From contig CBFHVI010000007.1 in NCBI GenBank assembly GCA_965658995.1, forward strand, positions 24,848-88,847: a DNA stretch of 64,000 nucleotides, written 5' to 3'. A program made the position numbers and the translations under genes. The stretch comes from Flavobacteriales bacterium. GTDB lineage: Bacteria; Bacteroidota; Bacteroidia; Flavobacteriales_D; CAJJDF01. The notes beneath the pieces are model-generated. The model searched no databases. It was given only the letters and a program-made list of their open reading frames with translations, and was not told the DNA's origin. Below are positions 44,238 through 53,494 of the stretch, one piece after another (within the stretch, counting starts at the first letter, position 1; each line of letters begins with the position of its first letter).

Positions 44238-44321
44238 TTGTCTGGGTTTAGTTAAAAGTAATGATTTTGTTTTAAATCCTATTTATTTTATTATTTTTAA
44301 ACATCTAACTGCCTTTAAAAT

Positions 44322-45440
44322 TTGAATCAAACTGAACTTTTATATGCCATGGCCCTCACCTTATTCGAAGGTGTTGGGAATATCAATGCCAAGAAACTAC
44401 TAGCGTACTGCGGAAGTTTTCATGGTATATTTGAATCTAATAAAGGAAAATTGTCTCAAATTCCAGGAATTGGAGCAGTGTTATCTTCCTCCATTTCTCA
44501 GCAAATAGACAGCGGAATAGCTCTCAAAAGAGCCGAAGAGGAAATGGAATTCATCCAAAAGAATGACATTTCTACTTTCTTGATTTCAGAGAAGAATTAT
44601 CCTCTTAATCTCAAGCAATGCGAAGATTCACCTATTGTATTGTACGGAAAGGGCAATTTGAATTTTGACAATCACAAAACTATTGCAGTGGTGGGAACCA
44701 GAAAAATTACAAGTAGGGGAAAAGATTTTTGCGAAAAACTCCTGGAAGAGTTAACTCTTCACGCTCCGCTTGTGATAAGTGGAATGGCTTACGGAGTAGA
44801 TATTTGTGCGCATAAAAGATGCGTAGAGTTGGCTATTCCGACCATTGCGGTGTTCGCTCACGGCTTGGATAGATTGTACCCCGAAATTCATCGAGACACT
44901 GCCAAAAAAATGCTCGAAACGGGTGGTTTGCTTACCGAGTTTATGAGTGGCACCAATCCCGACAGAGAAAATTTTCCTAAACGAAACCGAATCATTGCAG
45001 GATTATCGGATGTAACCATCGTTGTGGAATCTGCCAAAAAGGGCGGTTCTTTAATTACAGCAGAAATTGCAAACTCCTACAACCGAGATGTGTTTGCAGT
45101 TCCTGGTCGAGTGACTGATACTTACTCAGAAGGATGTAATTATTTGATAAAAATAAATAAGGCACACTTGCTCAATTCTGTTGAAGATATTGTGTATTTG
45201 ATGAATTGGGAGCTAACTATTTCTCAAAAACCTAAAACCATCCAAAAGCAGCTTTTTATCGATTTACCCGAAGATGAAAAATTGATTTACGACTTGCTTT
45301 CCGCAGAAAAATCAATCTCTATGGACGAATTAAGTGCCAAATCCAAACTTGCTACCAGTGTGATAGCTGTAAGTTTGTTACAATTAGAATTCAAAGGACT
45401 GGTACAGGCTTTGCCTGGGAAATCGTTTATGTTAAGTTGA
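44322..45440 (+). CDS. dprA: DNA-processing protein DprA
   Basis: 372 aa. GTRKITSRGK...SGMAYGVDICAHK...GGLLTEF...FPKRNRIIAGLS is typical of DprA. The probable TTG start keeps the conserved ELLY..AL N-terminus. Confidence 0.85.
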   Translation: MNQTELLYAMALTLFEGVGNINAKKLLAYCGSFHGIFESNKGKLSQIPGIGAVLSSSISQQIDSGIALKRAEEEMEFIQKNDISTFLISEKNYPLNLKQCEDSPIVLYGKGNLNFDNHKTIAVVGTRKITSRGKDFCEKLLEELTLHAPLVISGMAYGVDICAHKRCVELAIPTIAVFAHGLDRLYPEIHRDTAKKMLETGGLLTEFMSGTNPDRENFPKRNRIIAGLSDVTIVVESAKKGGSLITAEIANSYNRDVFAVPGRVTDTYSEGCNYLIKINKAHLLNSVEDIVYLMNWELTISQKPKTIQKQLFIDLPEDEKLIYDLLSAEKSISMDELSAKSKLATSVIAVSLLQLEFKGLVQALPGKSFMLS

Positions 45441-45490
45441 GTTACTTCAGCTTAAAATTGATAGGTAAAACAAATTGAGAACACACCGAT

Positions 45491-45630
45491 TTATTTTTTT
45501 TCTCCTGGCTACCAGTTGGGCATGTTTTGCACAGCTTCCATTGCCACTTCATCGCAGCCATTTCCTTTTCCTCTCATTGTTTTTGCTGTTGAGATACTGC
45601 CATCCCTTTCTATGACGTAGCTTTGTTGTA
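45491..45630 (-). pseudogene. TonB C-terminal-domain gene fragment (3-prime remnant)
   Basis: The reverse strand reads ...YVIERDGSISTAKTMRGKGNGCDEVAMEAVQNMPNW*PGEKK*. This matches the F.V..dG.i...g.g.deEA.r.v..mP.W.PG pattern of TonB_C, with a stop exactly before the conserved PG. There is no upstream coding continuation. Confidence 0.55.
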
Positions 45631-45635
45631 AGATA

Positions 45636-45670
45636 CAAAAAAAGTCGCAACTCATGAAAATTGCGACTTT
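45636..45670 (-). terminator. Rho-independent terminator of lpdA
   Basis: Reverse strand shows stem aagtcgcaa / ttgcgactt followed by a T7-8 run. Confidence 0.8.
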
Positions 45671-45737
45671 AAAAAGTTTTGATTCAGTCGATTTAACTGT
45701 CAGCTAAGTAGCTATTTGGTTCGAATTACTGAAATAG

Positions 45738-47141
45738 TTAAACGTGAATTGCTCTGTCTTCAGTAGCTGCCAATGCTGCTTCTTTTACTGCTTCAGCATA
45801 GGTAGGGTGAGCATGCGAAAAACGTGCAATATCTTCGGCACTTGCTCTGTATTCCATGGCAACAACTGCTTCTGCAATTAAATCAGCCACTCTAGGGCCT
45901 ATCATGTGAACTCCAAGTACTTCGTCTGTTTCTTTGTCCGCTAATATTTTAACAAATCCAGCAGTATCCATACTTGCTCTGGCTCTTCCAAGCGCTTTCA
46001 TCGGAAACTGCCCTGCTTTGTATTCGATTCCAGTCTCTTTCAGTTGTTCTTCGGTTTGTCCTACAGCAGCTACTTCTGGCCAAGTGTATACCACCCCAGG
46101 AATCAAATTATAATTGATGTGTGGTTTTTGTCCAGCCATTGTTTCTGCCACAAATACACCTTCTTCTTCGGCTTTGTGAGCTAGCATAGCCCCTTTTATT
46201 ACATCTCCAATTGCGTAAATTCCAGGTACGTTGGTTTGCAAATGAGCATCTACCTCTACACGTCCTCTATCGTCTGTTGGGATTCCCACATTTTCCAATC
46301 CTAATCCTTCTGTGTAAGCTTTTCTTCCTACAGAAACTAAACAATAATCACCTTCAAATGTTACCTCATTGCCTTTTTTGTCATCCGCAGTTATTACCAC
46401 AGATTTTCCTTTGTTCACAACACTTTTTACCTTGTGGTTAAAGTTGAATTTGAATCCTTCTTTTTTCAATGCCCTCATCAAGTCTTTACCAAGCGCTTTG
46501 TCCATTGTTGGGATAATAGAATCCATAAACTCTACCACCGACACTTCTGTTCCTAACCTGGCGTATACTTGCCCTAATTCCAATCCTATCACACCACCAC
46601 CAATTACGATCATTTTTTTCGGAATTTCTTTCAATTCCAACGCCTCGGTGGAGGTAATAATTCTCTTTTTGTCTGGTTCCATTCCTGGAAAGTAATTCGG
46701 TTTACTTCCAGTTGCAATGATAGTTTTGTCCGTTTGGATAGTCGTTTCTTTTCCGTCCTTGGATATTTTTATGGTGTTTTTGTCCACAAAACTTCCCATT
46801 CCGTGGTGTACGTCAATCTTGTTTTTATCCATCAAAAAGTCAATTCCAGAACATGTTTGAGAAACAACTTCTGCCTTACGGGCAATCATTTGCTCTAGGT
46901 TTGGATTCACTGTTCCTTTGATATCAATTCCATGTTTTGTGAAATTGTGAGTAGCTTCATGGTAGTGATGCGAAGAATCTAGCATAGCCTTTGAAGGGAT
47001 ACATCCCACATTGAGGCAAGTTCCGCCCAGTGTGTCGTATTTTTCGATAATGGCAGTTTTCATTCCTAGCTGCGCACATCTTATTGCTGCTACGTATCCT
47101 CCAGGTCCTGATCCTATTACAACTACATCGTATTTACTCAT
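45738..47141 (-). CDS. lpdA: Dihydrolipoyl dehydrogenase
   Basis: MSKYDVVVIGSGPGGYVAAIR (FAD motif), redox-active GGTCLNVGCIPSK, and the C-terminal HAHPT. I prefer the ATG at 47141 (467 aa) over the 17-aa extension in the ORF track. Confidence 0.93.
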   Translation of the reverse strand: MSKYDVVVIGSGPGGYVAAIRCAQLGMKTAIIEKYDTLGGTCLNVGCIPSKAMLDSSHHYHEATHNFTKHGIDIKGTVNPNLEQMIARKAEVVSQTCSGIDFLMDKNKIDVHHGMGSFVDKNTIKISKDGKETTIQTDKTIIATGSKPNYFPGMEPDKKRIITSTEALELKEIPKKMIVIGGGVIGLELGQVYARLGTEVSVVEFMDSIIPTMDKALGKDLMRALKKEGFKFNFNHKVKSVVNKGKSVVITADDKKGNEVTFEGDYCLVSVGRKAYTEGLGLENVGIPTDDRGRVEVDAHLQTNVPGIYAIGDVIKGAMLAHKAEEEGVFVAETMAGQKPHINYNLIPGVVYTWPEVAAVGQTEEQLKETGIEYKAGQFPMKALGRARASMDTAGFVKILADKETDEVLGVHMIGPRVADLIAEAVVAMEYRASAEDIARFSHAHPTYAEAVKEAALAATEDRAIHV

Positions 47142-47268
47142 TTTTTGTTTGTTTAGTGTTGAGGTAGTAAAATTATAGAATGTTTCTGACAATAGAAATT
47201 TTAAGGACTAAAATCATACTTATGCAACTCTGACCAATCGGATAGCTCCTAGTTATCGAAATAAAAAT

Positions 47269-47276
47269 TACTTTTG
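47269..47276 (+). promoter_or_regulatory. -7 promoter box TACTTTTG
   Basis: Exact TAnnTTTG match 28 nt upstream of the ATG at 47304. Confidence 0.45.
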
Positions 47277-47303
47277 ACTCAATAAACAAACCCTGTATCT
47301 ACC

Positions 47304-47915
47304 ATGAAAAATCTAGACGGAATAAAAGCAATTATTTTTGATCTTGGTGGTGTAATATTAAATATCGACTATCAGCGAACGGTGGATGAGTTTAAAAAAC
47401 TCGGTGTCCCTCACTTTGGTGAAATATTTTCTCAATTCAAACAGTCTTCTTTTACTGATGATTTTGAAAAAGGCAGAATTTCTGAAAATGATTTTTATGA
47501 AACAGTAAAGGCAAAGACTGAAGTCGATTTTTCATTCAGTGAGTTTCGTACAGCTTGGAATGCCATGCTGCTTGATTTGCCGCCCCAGAGAATAGAAATA
47601 TTAAAAAAGCTTTCGGAGCAGTATCGATTGTTTTTGTTCAGTAATACGAATGAAACGCATTATAACAAATTTATAACGAAGGTAGAAAGTGACTTCGATA
47701 TCCTTTTCGAAAAGACGTATTATTCCCATCAATTTGGTCTGAGAAAACCTGATAAATTTGCTTTCCAAACGCTCTTGGAGCGAAACAACTTAGTAGCGGA
47801 AGAAACCTTGTTTATTGATGATTCTTATCAGCACATCGAATCTGCCAATTCACTTGGCATTCGGACGCTCTTGATTCAAGAAAAACCTTTCTTTGAACTT
47901 TTGGATTTGAAGTAA
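47304..47915 (+). CDS. HAD-family hydrolase (subfamily IA-like)
   Basis: DLGGV (motif I) near the N-terminus, SNT (motif II), and FIDD near the C-terminus. Confidence 0.75.
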   Translation: MKNLDGIKAIIFDLGGVILNIDYQRTVDEFKKLGVPHFGEIFSQFKQSSFTDDFEKGRISENDFYETVKAKTEVDFSFSEFRTAWNAMLLDLPPQRIEILKKLSEQYRLFLFSNTNETHYNKFITKVESDFDILFEKTYYSHQFGLRKPDKFAFQTLLERNNLVAEETLFIDDSYQHIESANSLGIRTLLIQEKPFFELLDLK

Positions 47916-47943
47916 AAAGAAACCTTCTTCAATAGTTTGCCAA

Positions 47944-48282
47944 ATGAGCGAATTAATTCTATTTTTGCTCATGTTTAAAGTTGATTTGACCACACCTTAC
48001 TACGCTGTTTTGTTTTCTTCGGTTCTCACTCACGCGACCGAAGGTTACAAAGAAATGGACGAGTTGATTTATGCCGAGGTAGAGAAAAACCCCGGTTATT
48101 TGGGCCACGAAGGAACGAGACAAGAAGATGGATTTGGCATACATGTTTCGTACTGGAAAGATTTGAAATCTATTCAAGATTGGAAAGAGAATACTCTCCA
48201 TAAGCAAGCGAAATTAGCGGGTAAGGAGAAATGGTACGAGAGTTTTAAAACACGAATTTGTAAAGTAGAAAAAGAATATTAA
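47944..48282 (+). CDS. Antibiotic-biosynthesis-monooxygenase (ABM)-like protein
   Basis: PYYAVLFSS...GYLGHEGTR...IHVSYWKDLKSIQDWKENTLH is typical of ABM-fold proteins. The true start may be the ATG at 47971. Confidence 0.6.
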   Translation: MSELILFLLMFKVDLTTPYYAVLFSSVLTHATEGYKEMDELIYAEVEKNPGYLGHEGTRQEDGFGIHVSYWKDLKSIQDWKENTLHKQAKLAGKEKWYESFKTRICKVEKEY

Positions 48283-48291
48283 TAGAAAAAT

Positions 48292-49062
48292 ATGGCAGAT
48301 ATTTTAGAACAAGGAAATGTAACAAGCAGTATCAATGACGGTATTGCAACGATTGAGTTTTTTCATCCTCTGAGTAATTCTTTACCCGGCAAATTGTTAG
48401 CAGAACTGGCTGAAACAATTACCAAAATGGGGATGGATGAGGCTGTGAAGGTGATTGTCTTAAAATCAGAAGGTGAAAGGGCGTTTTGTGCAGGAGCCTC
48501 TTTTGATGAGCTGATCTCTATTAACGACATAGAAACGGGAAAGATGTTTTTCTCGGGGTTTGCCAATGTGATAAATGCTTGTCGAAAATGTCCTAAATTG
48601 ATTATTGGTCGTGTGCAAGGAAAAGCAGTAGGCGGTGGAGTTGGAGTAGCGAGTGCAGTTGATTATTGTGTAGCCACAAAATTTGCAGCTGTAAAATTGA
48701 GCGAGTTGGCAGTAGGAATAGGGCCGTTTGTGGTGGGGCCAGCCGTAGAAAGAAAAATTGGAACATCGGCAATGAGCCAGCTAGCGATTGATGCAACCGA
48801 ATGGCAATCCGCTGGGTGGGCCAAAGAAAAAGGATTGTATACCGAAGTGTATGAGTCTGCAGAAGAAATGGACAAAGCAATTGAGGTGCTTGCAAGTAAA
48901 TTGGCGAGCTCCAATCCTGAAGCAATGAGATTGTTAAAACAAATTTTTTGGAAAGGAACAGAACATTGGGACGACTTATTAAAAGAAAGAGCGGCTATGA
49001 GTGGCGAGCTAGTACTTTCTGATTTTACCAAAAACGCCATTAATAAATTTAAAAACAAATAA
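48292..49062 (+). CDS. Enoyl-CoA hydratase/isomerase family protein
   Basis: 256 aa. FCAGASFDEL and GKAVGGGVGVA crotonase-fold motifs. Confidence 0.85.
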   Translation: MADILEQGNVTSSINDGIATIEFFHPLSNSLPGKLLAELAETITKMGMDEAVKVIVLKSEGERAFCAGASFDELISINDIETGKMFFSGFANVINACRKCPKLIIGRVQGKAVGGGVGVASAVDYCVATKFAAVKLSELAVGIGPFVVGPAVERKIGTSAMSQLAIDATEWQSAGWAKEKGLYTEVYESAEEMDKAIEVLASKLASSNPEAMRLLKQIFWKGTEHWDDLLKERAAMSGELVLSDFTKNAINKFKNK

Positions 49063-49081
49063 CGTTTTAAATTCCACAACC

Positions 49082-50770
49082 ATGAGAGCTGAGATATTAG
49101 AAAACTTAACTACCCTTCTTCAGAATGAAGATGTGAAATCTATAAACACCGCTGCCAATGAAGCCATAAGAAACTACCGAAGTTTGCTAGCCGATGAGCA
49201 GTTGCTGGCAAAGCCGGCAGAAGAAGAGCAAACCGAAGAAGAGTTAGCTATTATTCTGGAAAACAGAAAAATGGATACTAAGATAGAGGAGCTGATTATT
49301 GAGTTTAAAGAAAGAAGAAAGGCTCAAAGAAAGAAAAAAGAAGAGGAAGAAAAAGTAAATCTCATCGCTAAAAAAGGAATTCTTGCAGAATTCAAAGAAT
49401 TAGTAGAAAATGAGGAAAATATTGGAGCTGCCTTTAGCAAAAGAAAAGAAATTCAAGAACGGTGGAAAGAACTTGGCAATGTCCCGAAAGATAAATTCGA
49501 AGACATTCAGTCTCAATACAGTCGTCTCAATGATTTTTTTAACTACAACATCAATATCTACAAAGAAATTCAAGAGCATGACTTGAAGAGGAATTATTCG
49601 TTAAAGAATAAAATCATCTTTGACCTCAATGGATTAAAAGAAGAGAAATCAATCAAAAAAACTCAGTCTACTCTCAACGAACTCATTGCGGAATGGGATG
49701 AAATTGGGCCTACTTTTCAGGAGAAATGGGAGGAATTGAAGGAACAATTTTGGGGAACGGTGAATGAATTGAGATCAAAAATTAAAGCTCATTATGTGGC
49801 TCAAGCTGAGAAATTGGAGAAAAATTTAGAAACGAAACTTTCCCTGATAGAACGGTCAAAAGAAATTGCTGAATTAACCGCTACAACAATCAAAGGTTGG
49901 AATTCTGCTACAGAAAAGGCACTTGCCTTACAAGATGAATGGAAAAAGACAGGAGCTGTTGCGAAGGATAAAAACAAAGAAGTATGGGAGGAATTTCGTG
50001 CAAGCTTTGATGTCTTTTTTGCGAAGAAAAATGATTTTTTTAAAGCCTTAAAAAAGGATAGCTCAAAAAATCTGAATCTAAAGAAAGAAATTGTTCAGAA
50101 AGCCGAAGAAATAAAACACTCAGATGATTGGAAAAACACCACAATTGAGCTGAAGAATTTGCAGAATAAATGGAAGGAAATAGGCCATACTGGAAAAGCA
50201 GAGCAAAAAGTATGGGAGCAGTTCCGGGCAGCCTGTGATTTCTTTTTTCACAACAAAAAAGAATATTATGCCAATCGAGAATCTATCGAGGCCGAGAATA
50301 TGAAAATGAAAAGGGAAGTAATCAAAGAAATAGCGAGCTTTTCTTTGCCCGATAATTCTTCCGCAGCTATCCAACAGCTCAAAGACTTTTCGGCTAAGTT
50401 TTTGGAAATAGGTAACGTACCTTTCAAACAAAAAGACGAAGTATACAATGAGTATAAGGCTGCTTTGGATAAGCACTACGATTCTTTGAAATTAGACAGA
50501 AAGGAAAAGACCAACATCAACTACAAGAATAAATTAGATGGAATGGTGAAGAAGGGGAATTCTCAAACCATTAATAAAGAGCGCGATTACCTCAAAAGAA
50601 AGTTAACCAATTTGAACAATGAAATAGGACAATATGAAAACAACATGGGGTTCTTTGGAAATTCGAAAGGGGCAGAAAAGATGAAAGCGGACATTCAAAA
50701 GAAAATTGATAAAAACAAACAAGAAATTGATGTGATTCGTCAGAAACTAAAGTTAATTAGAGATGTATAG
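49082..50770 (+). CDS. DUF349 domain-containing protein
   Basis: 562 aa, helical and K/E-rich. It has repeated W(K/D)E(I/L)G..(P/A)K....(V/L)W..F units (WKELGNVPKDKFEDI; WDEIGPTFQEKWEEL; WKKTGAVAKDKNKEVWEEF; WKEIGHTGKAEQKVWEQF). Confidence 0.8.
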   Translation: MRAEILENLTTLLQNEDVKSINTAANEAIRNYRSLLADEQLLAKPAEEEQTEEELAIILENRKMDTKIEELIIEFKERRKAQRKKKEEEEKVNLIAKKGILAEFKELVENEENIGAAFSKRKEIQERWKELGNVPKDKFEDIQSQYSRLNDFFNYNINIYKEIQEHDLKRNYSLKNKIIFDLNGLKEEKSIKKTQSTLNELIAEWDEIGPTFQEKWEELKEQFWGTVNELRSKIKAHYVAQAEKLEKNLETKLSLIERSKEIAELTATTIKGWNSATEKALALQDEWKKTGAVAKDKNKEVWEEFRASFDVFFAKKNDFFKALKKDSSKNLNLKKEIVQKAEEIKHSDDWKNTTIELKNLQNKWKEIGHTGKAEQKVWEQFRAACDFFFHNKKEYYANRESIEAENMKMKREVIKEIASFSLPDNSSAAIQQLKDFSAKFLEIGNVPFKQKDEVYNEYKAALDKHYDSLKLDRKEKTNINYKNKLDGMVKKGNSQTINKERDYLKRKLTNLNNEIGQYENNMGFFGNSKGAEKMKADIQKKIDKNKQEIDVIRQKLKLIRDV

Positions 50771-51278
50771 GATACTTTTTCTCTATGTTTGTTTGGTCTT
50801 GTTTGTTGCTTGTTCGGAGACACAGGAACCTGTTGCCCAGAGAGAGCAAGACGCTATTAGTCAAGAGGTAAAAAAAGAATTGAATCTGGATTGGCTTGAG
50901 GGAGAATGGCGCGATTCCACGTCTTTTGGAGGTAGAATTATTTTTGTAGAATCTTGGAGAAAATCTAGAGATAAATCGCTGGTTGGAAGAAAACATCAAA
51001 TTGCCAATGGCATACCTTCAAGTCCTACTGAGTTGAGGTTAGTAGAAACGGATGGGAAGTTCTACTACAGTTATTGGGAAGAAGAAAATCAAACCACTTT
51101 TGTTCAAGATTCGGTGTCAGAGGGTTTTTTGAGTTTTGTTAATACCACAGACAAGTTTCCTACCAACTTAAGTTATTCGCTTAAGGATGAAGTGTTAATC
51201 ATTTCATTTTCGGGATTGGCAAATGGGGTTGTTAGAAGTGCATCTTTTGTGACAAAAAAGGAAATCAAGAAAAACTAA
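50763..51278 (+). CDS. Lipoprotein, DUF6265-like (lipocalin-like)
   Basis: Lipobox LFVAC, and the pattern WLEGEWRD...ESW...FVNTTDKFPTNLSYSL. Family assignment is from memory. Confidence 0.5.
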   Translation: MYRILFLYVCLVLFVACSETQEPVAQREQDAISQEVKKELNLDWLEGEWRDSTSFGGRIIFVESWRKSRDKSLVGRKHQIANGIPSSPTELRLVETDGKFYYSYWEEENQTTFVQDSVSEGFLSFVNTTDKFPTNLSYSLKDEVLIISFSGLANGVVRSASFVTKKEIKKN

Positions 51279-51282
51279 ATCG

Positions 51283-52419
51283 ATGAAAATAGAAACAAAA
51301 TTGCTTCATGCCGGAATCGAGCAAGATTCTTCAACTGGTGCAATTATGACGCCTATTTATCAAACTTCCACCTTTGTTCATCAATCAGATACGGGTGATA
51401 ATGCTTACTCATACTCTCGCACCAGTAATCCTACACGATCAGCGTTAGAGAAAAATTTGGCAGCTATCGAAAATGCCAAGTTTGGAATAACCTTTGGAAG
51501 TGGAATGGCAGCTATTGATGCAGTTCTAAGACTGCTTAATCCGGAAGATGAAGTGATAGTTACTCAAGATTTGTACGGAGGAACTTATCGCTTATTTACT
51601 TCCGTGTATGCCAAGTATAGAATTAAGTTTGTGTTTGTAGATATGCTCGATGTGGAGAATATCAGGCGAGTTATAACCTCCAAAACAAAATTGATTTGGC
51701 TAGAGACTCCTGCAAATCCAATGATGAGTATTTTGGATATTCGTAAAATAGCAGACCTAAGATTAAGCCAAATTTTATTGGCAGTGGACAACACTTTCGC
51801 TTCCCCTTACTTGCAAAATCCTATTGATTTTGGAGCCGATCTCGTGATGCATTCAGTAACGAAATATTTGGCAGGTCATTCAGATGTGGTGATGGGAGCG
51901 CTCGTGACTAATCACAAGAATTTAGCTCAGGAATTATATCGCATCCAAAATAGTACTGGAGCAATTCCTGGACCCCAAGATTGTTTTTTGGCGTTGAGAG
52001 GAATAAAAACACTTCATGTACGGATGGATAGACATTGCCAGAATGCGCAAAAAATTGCTGAATTCCTTTCGAAACATGAAAAAGTGAAAGAAGTATACTA
52101 TCCTGGTTTGCCGTCACATAAAAATCATCTTGTGGCCCAATCTCAAATGCGAGGTTTTGGAGGAATGATTTCATTCAGTTTAAAAGAAGATTCAATGGAA
52201 AGTGCACAACGCGTATTAAAAAGAACAAAGTTGTTTTCTTTGGCTGAATCGCTTGGAGGAGTAGAATCTCTTATTGGCCATCCAGCTACCATGACCCATG
52301 GATCAATACCGCGCGAAACACGAATTAAGTCAGGAATTTCTGACTCATTGATAAGAGTGAGTGTAGGAATTGAACAAGTCGAAGACCTTATTGATGATTT
52401 AGAAAAATCAATTAACTAA
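51283..52419 (+). CDS. Cys/Met-metabolism PLP-dependent enzyme (cystathionine gamma-synthase/beta-lyase family)
   Basis: 378 aa. YSRTSNPT and the PLP-lysine region HSVTKYLAGHSD. Confidence 0.85.
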   Translation: MKIETKLLHAGIEQDSSTGAIMTPIYQTSTFVHQSDTGDNAYSYSRTSNPTRSALEKNLAAIENAKFGITFGSGMAAIDAVLRLLNPEDEVIVTQDLYGGTYRLFTSVYAKYRIKFVFVDMLDVENIRRVITSKTKLIWLETPANPMMSILDIRKIADLRLSQILLAVDNTFASPYLQNPIDFGADLVMHSVTKYLAGHSDVVMGALVTNHKNLAQELYRIQNSTGAIPGPQDCFLALRGIKTLHVRMDRHCQNAQKIAEFLSKHEKVKEVYYPGLPSHKNHLVAQSQMRGFGGMISFSLKEDSMESAQRVLKRTKLFSLAESLGGVESLIGHPATMTHGSIPRETRIKSGISDSLIRVSVGIEQVEDLIDDLEKSIN

Positions 52420-52469
52420 GTGTTGTTGAAAAAAACGTCTCTTTTTTTGTTAAAATGATTAACTAACTC

Positions 52470-52490
52470 TATATTTGCAAAATATATTTG
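52470..52490 (+). promoter_or_regulatory. Two tandem -7 boxes TATATTTG (52470-52477 and 52483-52490)
   Basis: Both are exact TAnnTTTG matches upstream of the ATG at 52498. Confidence 0.45.
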
Positions 52491-52497
52491 ATTTATT

Positions 52498-53439
52498 ATG
52501 AAAAAAACCGTAGCTAAAATATCAGTAGGAATCGCAGCGATACTTGCATTGGCAACCACCAAAGAAGTATCTGCACAGCAAGATGCTCAATTTTCAATGT
52601 ACATGTTTAATCCGTTGTCTATCAACCCGGCGTATGCAGGGAGTAGAGATGCGTTAAGCGCTACAATGTTAGGAAGAAATCAATGGGTAAACATTGACGG
52701 AGCCCCAACTACCGCTACCTTGTCCATTCATACACCTCTGAAGTTCGAAGCAATGTCATTAGGTCTGTCTGTGATTCAAGATGAGATTGGTCCAACTAAA
52801 ACTACTGGGATCTATGCAGATTTATCTTACAGGTTTCAGGTAAGCAAAAAAAGTAGATTGGCTTTTGGATTAAAAGGGGGAACAGACGTAATGTCAGCCG
52901 ATTTTTCAGATTTGAGAGTAACAGATAAAAGCGATGAGCAGTACTTAACCCCAATTCAAAACCAAATCATGCCAAACTTTGGTTTTGGAATTTACTTGCA
53001 TTCAGAAGACTATTATATAGGTTTGTCTGCACCAAAGATTATCAAAAATGAACTCGAAGGTGGTGCACAAGTTAATAACGTAGTTTCCTCTCAAGATAGA
53101 CATTTCTTTTTGACAGCAGGAAAGACTTTTAAACTAAACAGTGTAATTGATATTGTTCCGTCATTTATTGCAAAAGCTGTAGAAGATGCGCCATTGTCAT
53201 TGGATGTAAACGTTAACTTTATGTTTTACGATAAATTATGGATCGGGGGTGGATACAGATTTGGAGATTCATTTATTGGAAACATAGTGTATCATTTTAC
53301 TCCTCAATTTAGAGCTGGATATGCTTACGATTACACAACATCAGATTTAAGTAACTTTAATACAGGTTCTCACGAAATCATGATTAATTACGATTTAGAT
53401 TTCTTAGGAAAAGGATTTAAAACTCCAAGAAGATTCTAA
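52498..53439 (+). CDS. PorP/SprF-family type IX secretion system membrane protein
   Basis: 313 aa. Signal peptide then AQQDAQFSQYMFNPLSINPAYAG-type start (here AQQDAQFSMYMFNPLSINPAYAG), a beta-barrel pattern, and a terminal RRF. Confidence 0.9.
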   Translation: MKKTVAKISVGIAAILALATTKEVSAQQDAQFSMYMFNPLSINPAYAGSRDALSATMLGRNQWVNIDGAPTTATLSIHTPLKFEAMSLGLSVIQDEIGPTKTTGIYADLSYRFQVSKKSRLAFGLKGGTDVMSADFSDLRVTDKSDEQYLTPIQNQIMPNFGFGIYLHSEDYYIGLSAPKIIKNELEGGAQVNNVVSSQDRHFFLTAGKTFKLNSVIDIVPSFIAKAVEDAPLSLDVNVNFMFYDKLWIGGGYRFGDSFIGNIVYHFTPQFRAGYAYDYTTSDLSNFNTGSHEIMINYDLDFLGKGFKTPRRF

Positions 53440-53494
53440 AAACACCCATTTTTTTTTAAAAAAAACTATTAATATTTATCTTAACCCAACTACT

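Noticed and set aside
49290-49370. Purine-rich low-complexity DNA (aaagaaagaagaaagg...gaagaggaagaaaaag).
   Set aside because: It lies in frame inside the DUF349 gene and encodes a K/E-rich helical linker (KERRKAQRKKKEEEEK). It is not a tandem repeat or regulatory element.
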